The notes under the pieces are model-generated. The model ran no database searches and was not told the origin of the DNA. It saw only the letters and a list, made by a program, of their open reading frames with translations. From positions 2,176,001-2,240,000 of the forward strand of contig OZ219926.1 of assembly GCA_964291405.2 (NCBI GenBank): 64,000 nt of DNA, given 5' to 3'. Numbering within the stretch: position 1 is the first letter of the stretch; each line of letters opens with the position of its first letter. Shown here in pieces: positions 55,534 through 64,000 of the stretch. The position numbers and the translations under genes were made by a program. Origin of the DNA: Thermodesulfobacteriota bacterium (GTDB taxonomy: Bacteria > Desulfobacterota > Binatia > Bin18).

Positions 55534-58500
55534 ATGTCTCAAAAGCGAGTATTTCTCTCCGACTCGCTTGCCGTCCTGCAAGAGGCGCTCATTGCCGCTG
55601 TCCATACGCTGAAGGCGGCCGATCCACTGACCTCACTCACGATTATTGTTCCCAGTGATATCATCGGATCACAGCTCAGCACCGCAATTGCCAGGGCGGG
55701 TGACGGGCATATCGGCCTGCGGTTTACGACACTGATCGACTATGCTGCACGCCTGACCGAAGCGCGACTGAGACGGGAGGAGAAACATCGCGTCTCAGCC
55801 GCGCTGGTTCCGCTTCTCGTAAAACATCTCTTGCTGGAACAAGCCCAGACCGGAAAGAGTAAACGTGTCCTCCAACAACATGTAGATGCTGGACATGTTT
55901 ACTCTTTATTTCGGGAACTCGCCCGGCAGCCGCGGTTTCCCCAGTTCTTGAGCGAGACGCTGTCAGACCTCAAGCAGGCGGGGGTCCAGCCCCACCATCT
56001 GCACGTATTGTATACCCGGATTCCTTCGCGGGACGTATTATATCGAGAGAAAATACGTCATTTGCTGGACCTCTACACGCGATATGAAGCATGTTTGGAC
56101 GAACAGCGGCTCGTTGATGACGCCAGTTTGTTCACCATCCAGGCCCCAACGGCAATGAGTAACGGGCCGCTGCTTGTGTACAGCGGCCTTGAGTATACCG
56201 CCCAACAGCAGCATTTTTTGGAAACGCTTTTCGCGCAGAGGGATACTCTGGTCTTTCTTCCCTGGCGGCCCGGTTCAGCCTACGAAGCCGTGACCCCCAC
56301 ATTGAGCTGGCTCAGCGGGCTCGGCTTTCAGTCATCTTCGTTAGCCCGTCCACAGGTCTCATCCTGTTCACTCTCTCAGGTCCAGACTCGGCTTTTTGAA
56401 CGCACCGGGGAGCCGCCCCAGCGGCCGGTCTCAACACTCCCGGATACCTCTCTTCACATCATTTCCGCCCCAGATCAAACCCAGGAGGCGCGTGAAATTG
56501 CGCGCACGATCTTTTCACTGGTTCGGGAGCAGGACTATATCTTTGACGAGATTGGCGTGCTCCTTGTCGAGCCAAAAACATATGGTCCGCTGCTGCTTGA
56601 GACGCTCTCCCGCCTCGGGATTCCGTGTACCTTTGTTGGGGAGCAGCCCTTGCTGACCACGCGACGGGGAAAAGCCGTGCAGGCGCTATGCCACCTCTTG
56701 TTAGAAGACTGCTCACGGCAGCGTCTGTTCGCCTTTCTCAGGCTGGCTCGCCCCCCGTTTCAAGACCTGATCGGGGAAACTGTTTCAGAGGCGCATATCG
56801 CCCAGTGGGAAGCCCTGTGTCTGGAGGCCGGGATAGGACGCGGAGGCCAGGAGTGGCGCGTTCGACTCGCCGCCCTGGAAGCTCGCTACCAAAACGTACC
56901 AGAGGGACGCACCGAACAGCTCGCGCCCGCCCTCCGTTTGCTTGTCAGGTTTATGACCCGTTTTCTGGCGGATGTGAAAACGGGTCAGGACCAACAGACC
57001 TGGGAAGGCTGGCTGGCCCACTTCCTGCGTATGTATAAAAAGTATGGAGAATATGGAGATTATGTGTCCGGCGGAGTCCCGTGGAGTGACGAGGAACCGG
57101 ATCAAGAAGGTGCAGGTGAGCAGGATCTGAATATTACGGAGACTCTCCGGAGTCTCTCTCCATTCTTGGCTGAAACAACTCGCCCTGAGGAATGGGTTGA
57201 GACTGTTCTGACCTGTCTTTCCTGGGGAAAGGTTCGACCCCGAAAAACGCACACGACCGGCGTCTTTCTTGGCGATATGACCCAGGTGGCCGGTCTCCGC
57301 TTTCGGGCGGTCATCATGCCGGGCCTTGCACAGGAATCCGGGGTTCGCCTCCCCTCTCAGGACCCTATTTTGTCCGATGCCGAGCGCCAGCATCTTGCCG
57401 AAGTGCTGACCATGGACGTGCCTGTCCGCCGCCAGGCGGTTGAACGCCAACAGTTCCTTTTCCTGCTGGCGACCCAGAGTGCGCAGGAGGTGTTATGTCT
57501 GAGCTATCCACGCACTGTCCAGGGAGTAGCCCGCCCTCCTGCTACGCTCCTCTTACAGACGGTCAGTGTGCTGTGTGGCCGTCAGGCCACGCTGGCAGAC
57601 CTGCAACACCGGAGCCGGTGGGTCTCGGCGGCTGAAGGATATGCGCAGAGCACCCGGCATGCGGTGGACGCGTTGGAGTTCCACCTGGCCTATGCGTTTA
57701 CCCATGCGCATCACGTTAAACACAATGCCCCGGCGCATGCGGTCCGGCCTGGTCTACAGACGATGCCGTTCTTTGCTCCTGCCGCGCGGGCGATGGTAGA
57801 CCGTTGGGAGCATCCACACCTCACGGCCTTTGACGGCTGCATGCAAGCGGAGAGCGTCAAGAACACGCTACGTCAGTACCTCTTCCCGCAGGGCTTGTGT
57901 TTGTCCGCGAGTAGCCTGGAAACCTATGCACGCTGTCCGTTTCGGTATTTTCTGGAGACCGTGCTCGCGCTCAAGCCGTGGGAAGAGCCGGAACAGATTC
58001 TTACCCTCCTGCCGCGCGACCGTGGAGTGTTGGTACATGCCATCCTGTACGAATTTTTCTCTCGTCTCCAACAGACGGACCAATTGCCCCTGTCCGCGCA
58101 ACGGAGAGATGAAGAGCAGCAACTGCTCACCCGGATAGCAGAGGAGCATTTTGCGCTATTTGCGCAGACGCGGCCGGTCGGACTGCCCCTGCTCTGGGAG
58201 CTTGAGCGTGAACGCCTGCTGCGGCGTTTGCACACCTTTCTCCAGCGCGAGCGCCGGGCAACGCACGGTTTTTGTCCAGCGGCATTTGAGGTATTTTTTG
58301 GCATCGGGATAAAGAGCTCAGAGTCGGAGGATAGGGAATCGGAGCGAACCCCTATCCCCCAATTCCTCACCCCCAATATTCCCGTTCCCTTTCGCCTTGA
58401 TACGGGGGAAGAGGTCCAGCTTCGAGGCCGGATTGACCGGATTGATGTTTCGACGGAACACATTGACCTTGTACAACCCAGGCAGGCACGCATTCTTGAC

Positions 58501-58878
58501 TATAAGACGGGCCGGACACCAGCCCAGGGTTTTGCGGGTGGAACCACGCTCCAACTGGTCCTCTATCTCTATGCCGCCCAGCATCTCCGCCCGGACCTGG
58601 ACTGGGTCGGGGCGGAGTACACGAGCGTGGACGGAACTGCTCAGCCCGACAAAAAGTCCCTGACGACGGAGACCCAAGCGGCGACGCTCGGAACCTTACG
58701 GACTATCGTCACCCGCCTGGCCGAGGGCATCACTGCTGGACTGTTCTTTCCTGCTCCGGATGCCTGCCAATCCTGTGCGTTTCCTGAAATCTGCTCTATG
58801 CACGGCGCTGAGTGGGCGACACAGAAACTCCAGGATCCCCACACAACGGCATGGCGCTGGGTACGGTCACAGGCATGA
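55534..58878 (+). CDS. addB: AddB/RexB-like protein with C-terminal PD-(D/E)XK nuclease and Fe-S ligands
   Basis: LSASSLETYARCPFRYF, RGRIDRID, LDYKTG, QLVLY and CQSCAFPEIC; degenerate helicase N-half. Confidence 0.85.
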   Translation: MSQKRVFLSDSLAVLQEALIAAVHTLKAADPLTSLTIIVPSDIIGSQLSTAIARAGDGHIGLRFTTLIDYAARLTEARLRREEKHRVSAALVPLLVKHLLLEQAQTGKSKRVLQQHVDAGHVYSLFRELARQPRFPQFLSETLSDLKQAGVQPHHLHVLYTRIPSRDVLYREKIRHLLDLYTRYEACLDEQRLVDDASLFTIQAPTAMSNGPLLVYSGLEYTAQQQHFLETLFAQRDTLVFLPWRPGSAYEAVTPTLSWLSGLGFQSSSLARPQVSSCSLSQVQTRLFERTGEPPQRPVSTLPDTSLHIISAPDQTQEAREIARTIFSLVREQDYIFDEIGVLLVEPKTYGPLLLETLSRLGIPCTFVGEQPLLTTRRGKAVQALCHLLLEDCSRQRLFAFLRLARPPFQDLIGETVSEAHIAQWEALCLEAGIGRGGQEWRVRLAALEARYQNVPEGRTEQLAPALRLLVRFMTRFLADVKTGQDQQTWEGWLAHFLRMYKKYGEYGDYVSGGVPWSDEEPDQEGAGEQDLNITETLRSLSPFLAETTRPEEWVETVLTCLSWGKVRPRKTHTTGVFLGDMTQVAGLRFRAVIMPGLAQESGVRLPSQDPILSDAERQHLAEVLTMDVPVRRQAVERQQFLFLLATQSAQEVLCLSYPRTVQGVARPPATLLLQTVSVLCGRQATLADLQHRSRWVSAAEGYAQSTRHAVDALEFHLAYAFTHAHHVKHNAPAHAVRPGLQTMPFFAPAARAMVDRWEHPHLTAFDGCMQAESVKNTLRQYLFPQGLCLSASSLETYARCPFRYFLETVLALKPWEEPEQILTLLPRDRGVLVHAILYEFFSRLQQTDQLPLSAQRRDEEQQLLTRIAEEHFALFAQTRPVGLPLLWELERERLLRRLHTFLQRERRATHGFCPAAFEVFFGIGIKSSESEDRESERTPIPQFLTPNIPVPFRLDTGEEVQLRGRIDRIDVSTEHIDLVQPRQARILDYKTGRTPAQGFAGGTTLQLVLYLYAAQHLRPDLDWVGAEYTSVDGTAQPDKKSLTTETQAATLGTLRTIVTRLAEGITAGLFFPAPDACQSCAFPEICSMHGAEWATQKLQDPHTTAWRWVRSQA
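55854..55907 (+). repeat. 54-bp palindromic element, copy 6 (in frame within addB)
   Basis: AAAGAGTAAACGTGTCC-tccaacaacatgtagatgct-GGACATGTTTACTCTTT. Confidence 0.92.
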
Positions 58879-61800
58879 CCCAAGCTCCCCTTTCGGACGA
58901 CGGCGCTCAGCAACGTATCGTCTCGGATTTTCAGACCACGTTTTTACTGGAAGCCGGAGCGGGAACGGGCAAGACGCAACTCTTACTGAATCGTTTGCTG
59001 GCCCTGCTGCGAACCGGCCGGAGTCCGCTGAGCCGGGTCGCGGTTATCACCTTTACGGATAAAGCCGCGGCTGAGCTTCGGACGCGGCTCCGCGCAGCGG
59101 TTGAGTCCGCACTCCAAACGGCCCTGCCTGAGGCAGAGCGCGCGGCCTTACAGGCGGTGCTGTCTGAGCTTGACCGGGCGATGGTGATGACCATCCACGC
59201 GTTCTGCGCGACCTTGTTGCGCGAACGAGCGCTGGAGGTCGGGCTGGACCCGGCTTTTACGGTCTTAAATCAGGCCGAGGCGGGCCTGCTGCACGACCAG
59301 GTCTGGCAGACCTGGCTCGCCCAAGAGCTGCAATCTGGGACTGACAGCGCGACCCTGATACGCCAGGCGTTTCGCGCCGGTCTCTCAGTGACCCATCTCA
59401 AGGCCCTGTGCGATTTTTTGGTCGAACAGCGCGACTGCCTGGACTGGCTACCCGCAGCAGTCGATAGCGATGTCCCGGCATACTGTACCGAGAGCCATCA
59501 GGCCGTCGCCCGGCTGACGGCGCTACAGGACTGTTGTCACGACACCACAGACTCGGCGTTCGAGCAGATCACGACTCTGACCGACAGCGTCCCAACAGCC
59601 TTCTATCAGGACAATGCGGAGGCCTGGGAGCACTTTCTGTTACACCGCCTGACAGTACAGCCTCGAAAGGGGAGACGGACGAACTGGCAACCGACCGCGG
59701 CGCTCAACGAAGTACGGACGCTGCTCGCGCAGCTCAAGGCCCTTCATCTCAAGACCCGAGCCGCCTGGCTGCATAATCTGACGGTGGGCCTGGCCGGTTG
59801 GCTGGGCGGCTATCTGCGCGCCTATCAGGCCAAGAAACAACACCAGGGCAGCCTCGATTTTCTGGACCTGCTGGTGCTGATGCGCGACGGACTCAGGCAT
59901 AACCACGAACTGCGGCGCTATTTTCAACGCAAATTCGACTTCCTGCTGGTTGATGAAGTCCAGGACACCGATCCCTTACAAGCCGAAATTCTGTTCTTCC
60001 TGGCCGAGGATCAACCGCGGGCGGAGCGCTGGACACAGGTTGCCCTCCGCGCCGGGAAACTGTTTCTGGTCGGCGATCCCCAACAATCCATTTATCGCTT
60101 TCGGCGGGCTGACCTTGAAGTCTATCACCTGCTTCGCTCGGCGGTTGAACGCCAGGGGAGCGTTCTCAACCTCTCGACAAATTTCCGGATGCGAGCTGCC
60201 CTGGTGACACAGATGAATACCCTCTTTTCACGGGTGCTGGACAATGAGGACGACCCGGACCAACCTCGGTATCTGCCCTTGCGCGCGGTGAGCAGTGATG
60301 GGGACGAAGACGGGCTGACGTTTTTGCTCTTGGATCTGCCTCACGCAGCGCCACACGAACAGGGTGCGCTCGAAGCGCGCTGCACAGCACAGTTTATTCG
60401 TCACAGCGTTGAGCAGCAGACGCTGGCAACACAAGCAGATCGGCCTCTGAGGTATGGCGATATCGCTATCCTGTGCCGAACGAATCGAGGCGTAGAGCTG
60501 TATGAACGAGCCCTACGGGATGCCGGCGTCCCGTACCGAAGCACGGGCGGGCGGCGGGTTGCGGCAAGTCAGGAACGGACCGATATACAGGCGTGTGTGC
60601 GGACGTTGCTTCATCCCGCGGACGCTACGGCCCTGGTGGCGACCTTGCGCTCGTCACTCTTTGGCTTTTCAGACGAAGAGCTGGCGCAATTTCGCTGTGC
60701 CGGCGGGACATTCGACTATCTCGGTGGCAGGATCCCAGGACAGCTTCCCTGTGCCGACCGGCTGCATGCCGCTTTTGCGGTGCTGCGTACCCTACACCAG
60801 AGTCTGTCCCGTACTGTGCAGAGTGCTCAGAGTGTCGGGGCCGGGCTCTCTATTCTACTCACCGAGATATATAGCCACACCCCCTTACTCCCGCTGTTTG
60901 CCTGCCGCCCCCACGGACAGCAGCGGCTCCACAAGATGCTTCAACGTGTTGAGGCGCTACGCGATATGTCCGGCCAATACGGAGCTGCGCAGGATTTCTC
61001 CCCGGACTTTTTCGACCGTCTGCTCGCCTCTGCGCTAGATGAATACGAGGAAGGGCAGACCGAGCAAGCGAGCGCTCTTGATGAGCCGCAAGACGCGCTC
61101 CACGTCCTGACAATTCACAAAGCCAAAGGACTGGAATTCCCACTTGTCGTGGTGGCGGAGTCCGGAGCGCCGTCCAACCGGTTGACCCGTCCCGGCCTAG
61201 TGAGACGCAAAGATAATCGTCTTGAACTCCACCTTGGTCCGCGCTCCCTCCAGTGTTGCACACTCGGCTGGCAGGAGGCTGAGGCCCGAGAACGCCAGCA
61301 GGAAGCTGCCGAGGAGAGACGGCTCTGGTATGTGGCAGCTACGCGCGCCCGGGAATACGTCGTGTTTCCCGTACCCCCACCGTCAGAGACGAAAAAAAAG
61401 GACACCGTGCTGCATACGGTCCTGCGCGACCTCTCAGGCACAGAGCGGCAGGCTGTCCCTCAGAGCGATGCCAACCAAACGGACCAGTCTCAGGTTTCGT
61501 CCGGGCCTGACCCGACTGACTCCCAGGAAAAGTCAGCCGCTGCTGATGCTCAGCCTTCCGATATCGACTGGGTAACGGACAGACGGCGACTCATTGCCAA
61601 AGGGCGGCAAAAGCGACAAACCCGGAATATACTTCAGCGGGGAAATGCATCGCAGCAACAGGTTCAGTTGGATCGTCTTATTACGCAGACGGCCGTACAC
61701 CTGAGGCAAGACCAATCAGTGGAAGCGTCTCTCCAGGCGGCATCAGCCGCGCAGGACAACAGCGGCTATGCCTCGGACGCCCCTTTCCCCGACGACGTGC

Positions 61801-62159
61801 AGCAGTATATTGCCAGGGCCGCACTCTGGCCACGTATTCACACTGCTCCCCAATGCATTGTGGACGAGGAATTCACGCTGCATGTCGGCAAGACGCTCCT
61901 CACTGGGCGTATTCCACTGGCGTTTCTCGAAGGCGGCAAATGGGTTATTGCTGACTTTTCCCTGGGAGGGGTAGATCTCTCAGGAAAAGAGCACAGCGTT
62001 GTGTATACACGCCTTGGGCCCAGCGCTCTGGCCCTTGAGCAATTGACCCCGTTTCCGGTACAGGACCTACTCCTCTTTCTGGTCGATCGACAGCAGGAAA
62101 TCTGCGTTGCATGGGAGAGTCCGGGGAAGGACGCTCTCCAAAAACAATTGTTGGGCTGA
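58875..62159 (+). CDS. addA: AddA/UvrD-family ATP-dependent helicase
   Basis: AGAGTGKT, ITFTDKAA, VDEVQDT, VGDPQQSIYRFR, TIHKAKGLEF and YVAATRA. ATGA coupling to the addB stop fixes the start at 58875. Confidence 0.9.
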   Translation: MTQAPLSDDGAQQRIVSDFQTTFLLEAGAGTGKTQLLLNRLLALLRTGRSPLSRVAVITFTDKAAAELRTRLRAAVESALQTALPEAERAALQAVLSELDRAMVMTIHAFCATLLRERALEVGLDPAFTVLNQAEAGLLHDQVWQTWLAQELQSGTDSATLIRQAFRAGLSVTHLKALCDFLVEQRDCLDWLPAAVDSDVPAYCTESHQAVARLTALQDCCHDTTDSAFEQITTLTDSVPTAFYQDNAEAWEHFLLHRLTVQPRKGRRTNWQPTAALNEVRTLLAQLKALHLKTRAAWLHNLTVGLAGWLGGYLRAYQAKKQHQGSLDFLDLLVLMRDGLRHNHELRRYFQRKFDFLLVDEVQDTDPLQAEILFFLAEDQPRAERWTQVALRAGKLFLVGDPQQSIYRFRRADLEVYHLLRSAVERQGSVLNLSTNFRMRAALVTQMNTLFSRVLDNEDDPDQPRYLPLRAVSSDGDEDGLTFLLLDLPHAAPHEQGALEARCTAQFIRHSVEQQTLATQADRPLRYGDIAILCRTNRGVELYERALRDAGVPYRSTGGRRVAASQERTDIQACVRTLLHPADATALVATLRSSLFGFSDEELAQFRCAGGTFDYLGGRIPGQLPCADRLHAAFAVLRTLHQSLSRTVQSAQSVGAGLSILLTEIYSHTPLLPLFACRPHGQQRLHKMLQRVEALRDMSGQYGAAQDFSPDFFDRLLASALDEYEEGQTEQASALDEPQDALHVLTIHKAKGLEFPLVVVAESGAPSNRLTRPGLVRRKDNRLELHLGPRSLQCCTLGWQEAEARERQQEAAEERRLWYVAATRAREYVVFPVPPPSETKKKDTVLHTVLRDLSGTERQAVPQSDANQTDQSQVSSGPDPTDSQEKSAAADAQPSDIDWVTDRRRLIAKGRQKRQTRNILQRGNASQQQVQLDRLITQTAVHLRQDQSVEASLQAASAAQDNSGYASDAPFPDDVQQYIARAALWPRIHTAPQCIVDEEFTLHVGKTLLTGRIPLAFLEGGKWVIADFSLGGVDLSGKEHSVVYTRLGPSALALEQLTPFPVQDLLLFLVDRQQEICVAWESPGKDALQKQLLG

Positions 62160-62190
62160 GAGGCCTTGTGAGAAGCGAAAAGTAACAGAG

Positions 62191-63342
62191 ATGAAAACCA
62201 CGCCGCCTGATCTTTCAACCGCGGAGAAGGATTTCTACCTCAAAGAATTTCGGGGAAAGAGTCTTCTGTTCGCTCTGCGGGCAAAAGACATCACTGCACC
62301 CAAGGACCGAGACGCGATCCAGGAGGTCCTGCGTACGCTTGGGTTGAATGAAACCCGAGTGATTTTGCTCATGGAGACAGACATATCCACACCAGAGCAC
62401 CAGGCGGTTGAGGAACTGCATACACAGTTGTCTCACGCGCTGAACGGCATCCCTGCCCCCGTACTCCTATTGCCCGAGAGCGATGAAGATCAACACTGTC
62501 TCACCATTCTGGAAACCCTGCGTACGGTTCCCGTTTTTATCGGGCTCTGGCCAGCTCAGGCTCGTCTGCCGGCCCTTCAGAACGCCCAGCAACTCGCAAA
62601 TCGCCTCACCGTCCATAAGCTCGTGATACTGGACCCGCAGGGTGGATTAACGGCCAGCGGAGCGCCGTTATCCTTTCTGAACGGTTCGCACTTGGAAGAA
62701 TTGCAGACTCATGGCGCGCGCGGGGAGCTACCCCACGAGCGGCACCGGCAACTGGAAACAGCGCGGTTAGCCTTGGAAGGCGGCGTTGCCTCAGTCTCTC
62801 TGTGCTCGCCGGCGAGCCTGGCAAAAGAACTCTTTACCTACGAAGGGTGTGGGACGTTTTTTACCCTGACGGACTACTGTCAGGCGGAACGCTTAGTCCT
62901 GGATGATTTCCCCGAAGCCGAACGACTCATACAGCGGGGCGAACAGGAAGGAGCGCTCAAAAAGCGTACTCCCTCCGATATCAGTCAGTTGTTGCTGCAC
63001 GGCTATGGTGCGCGGCTTGGGAAAGAGCGCGACCTCGTTGGGTTATGCGCTCTCTTGCCGTATGCCGATGACAATGCAGGGGAAATAGCTGGGCTCTACA
63101 CCCTCAGGCGGTTCCACGGCGAAGGAATTGGTAGCCGCCTGGTTGGGAAAGCGATCACAGAAGGGCGGGCACGCGGCCTTGCCTACCTCTTCGCCTGTAC
63201 CAATCAGGAGGGTGCACGACGGCTTTTTGAGCGGTTTGATTTTCATCAGGTCAAGCCGGACGCAGTCCCGACGACAAAATGGCACGCCTATGCTCCCGAA
63301 CGAAAGCAGGCTATGAGCGTGTATAAGCGCGAATTGTCGTGA
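62191..63342 (+). CDS. ArgA-like protein (degenerate amino-acid-kinase domain plus GNAT)
   Basis: ELFTYEGCGT linker, GALKKRT, GEIAGLY, GEGIGSRL and YLFACT; start at ATG 62191. Confidence 0.75.
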   Translation: MKTTPPDLSTAEKDFYLKEFRGKSLLFALRAKDITAPKDRDAIQEVLRTLGLNETRVILLMETDISTPEHQAVEELHTQLSHALNGIPAPVLLLPESDEDQHCLTILETLRTVPVFIGLWPAQARLPALQNAQQLANRLTVHKLVILDPQGGLTASGAPLSFLNGSHLEELQTHGARGELPHERHRQLETARLALEGGVASVSLCSPASLAKELFTYEGCGTFFTLTDYCQAERLVLDDFPEAERLIQRGEQEGALKKRTPSDISQLLLHGYGARLGKERDLVGLCALLPYADDNAGEIAGLYTLRRFHGEGIGSRLVGKAITEGRARGLAYLFACTNQEGARRLFERFDFHQVKPDAVPTTKWHAYAPERKQAMSVYKRELS

Positions 63343-63447
63343 AACTGCGGGGAGTACGGCCTGAGTGCTCGCCGCACGAATACTCCCTCAGTAGCTTTTC
63401 TCAGTCTGAGCACTTTATTAGGTAGGGTTACGTCTGTACATAATTTC

Positions 63448-63477
63448 TTGACATACATACCGATTGCATGTTATTTT
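63448..63477 (+). promoter_or_regulatory. sigma70 promoter with overlapping TetR-type operator
   Basis: TTGACA...TATTTT with the imperfect palindrome ACATAC-N5-GCATGT between the boxes. Confidence 0.6.
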
Positions 63478-63514
63478 CCACCCTCGATAGGAGAGGCGAT
63501 GTAAAGGGTTTGCC

Positions 63515-64000
63515 GTGGCAGGAACATCAAAGGCCGAACAATTTCAAAAAACCCAGAGAATCTTGCTCAAAACGGCCCGAGAGCTGTTTACCCAGAATGG
63601 GTACGCCGACACCTCAACCGAAGAAATTGTCCGCCGTTCCAGGGTGACAAGAGGCGCACTGTACTATCATTATCGGGACAAAGCCGATATCTTTGCCGCG
63701 GTTTTCGAGGAGGTGCGGGCCGATTCAGCACAATTCATTAGAGGAAAAATGGAGGAGGCTGAAGACGCTGGGGCTGATTTGTGGCAGCAGGTGATAGTCG
63801 GGTGCCACGCCTTTATTGAAAGCGCCTTGATCCCGAGTGCACAGCGCATTGTCCACACGGATGGCCCGTCTGTTCTGGACTGGCCTGTCGTACAAAGAAG
63901 CGGGCCGGGACTGACTCTCTTACGAAAGATCCTCGGGCAGCTCATGGACGAGGGTATTATTGAAAGAATGCCGATTGGCCCACTGGCATATGTACTCTGG
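63515..64000 (+). CDS. TetR/AcrR family regulator, 3'-partial (absent from the ORF track)
   Basis: Manual translation: MAGTSKAEQ...ARELFTQNGYADTSTEEIVRRSRVTRGALYYHYRDKADIF. Confidence 0.93.
   Translation, partial: MAGTSKAEQFQKTQRILLKTARELFTQNGYADTSTEEIVRRSRVTRGALYYHYRDKADIFAAVFEEVRADSAQFIRGKMEEAEDAGADLWQQVIVGCHAFIESALIPSAQRIVHTDGPSVLDWPVVQRSGPGLTLLRKILGQLMDEGIIERMPIGPLAYVLW

Noticed and set aside
2524-55907. 54-bp elements as CRISPR repeats/spacers
   Set aside because: They are dispersed single units with inverted rather than direct repeats, the cores are partly conserved, and there are no cas genes.
57043-57063. 9-bp tandem TATGGAGA(A/T) in addB (YGEYGDY)
   Set aside because: Short in-frame slippage duplication with no evidence of function.

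Overview
GC-rich bacterial chromosomal window. The gene content (CaiB CoA-transferases, enoyl-CoA hydratases, an LLM oxidoreductase, DUF1329-like exported proteins) resembles Binatia/Deltaproteobacteria-like genomes, and the sup cluster suggests a sponge symbiont; both are inferences. The backbone is housekeeping: fhs, alkA, thiD, ptsP, HU, queE, hsp20, yifB/comM, msrP, comEC, uvrC, comEA, addB/addA-like, argA-like and tetR. Two features stand out. (1) A complete sup-type PKS cluster (permease, hydrolase, PPTase, ACP, 3461-aa KS-AT-DH-MT-ER-KR-ACP-KS-AT) plus a STAS gene spans about 16.8-31.7 kb. It sits between two diverged ~1.5-kb direct repeats, with a chimeric scar of a third copy at its right junction. 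(2) A dispersed family of exactly 54-bp palindromes (17-bp arms with compensatory changes, 20-bp oriented variable core) occurs 6 times. It is inserted in frame in addB and probably uvrC as the same 18-aa peptide, supplies a stop codon, abuts start codons and brackets one gene. Also present are a frameshifted hicA, an antitoxin remnant, a frameshifted DUF5916-like gene, a solitary FimB-like recombinase, a ferredoxin-TM-Hsp20-like fusion and an AddA with a degenerate nuclease motif. No rRNA, tRNA or CRISPR array was seen. All calls are from reading the sequence by eye; no searches were run.
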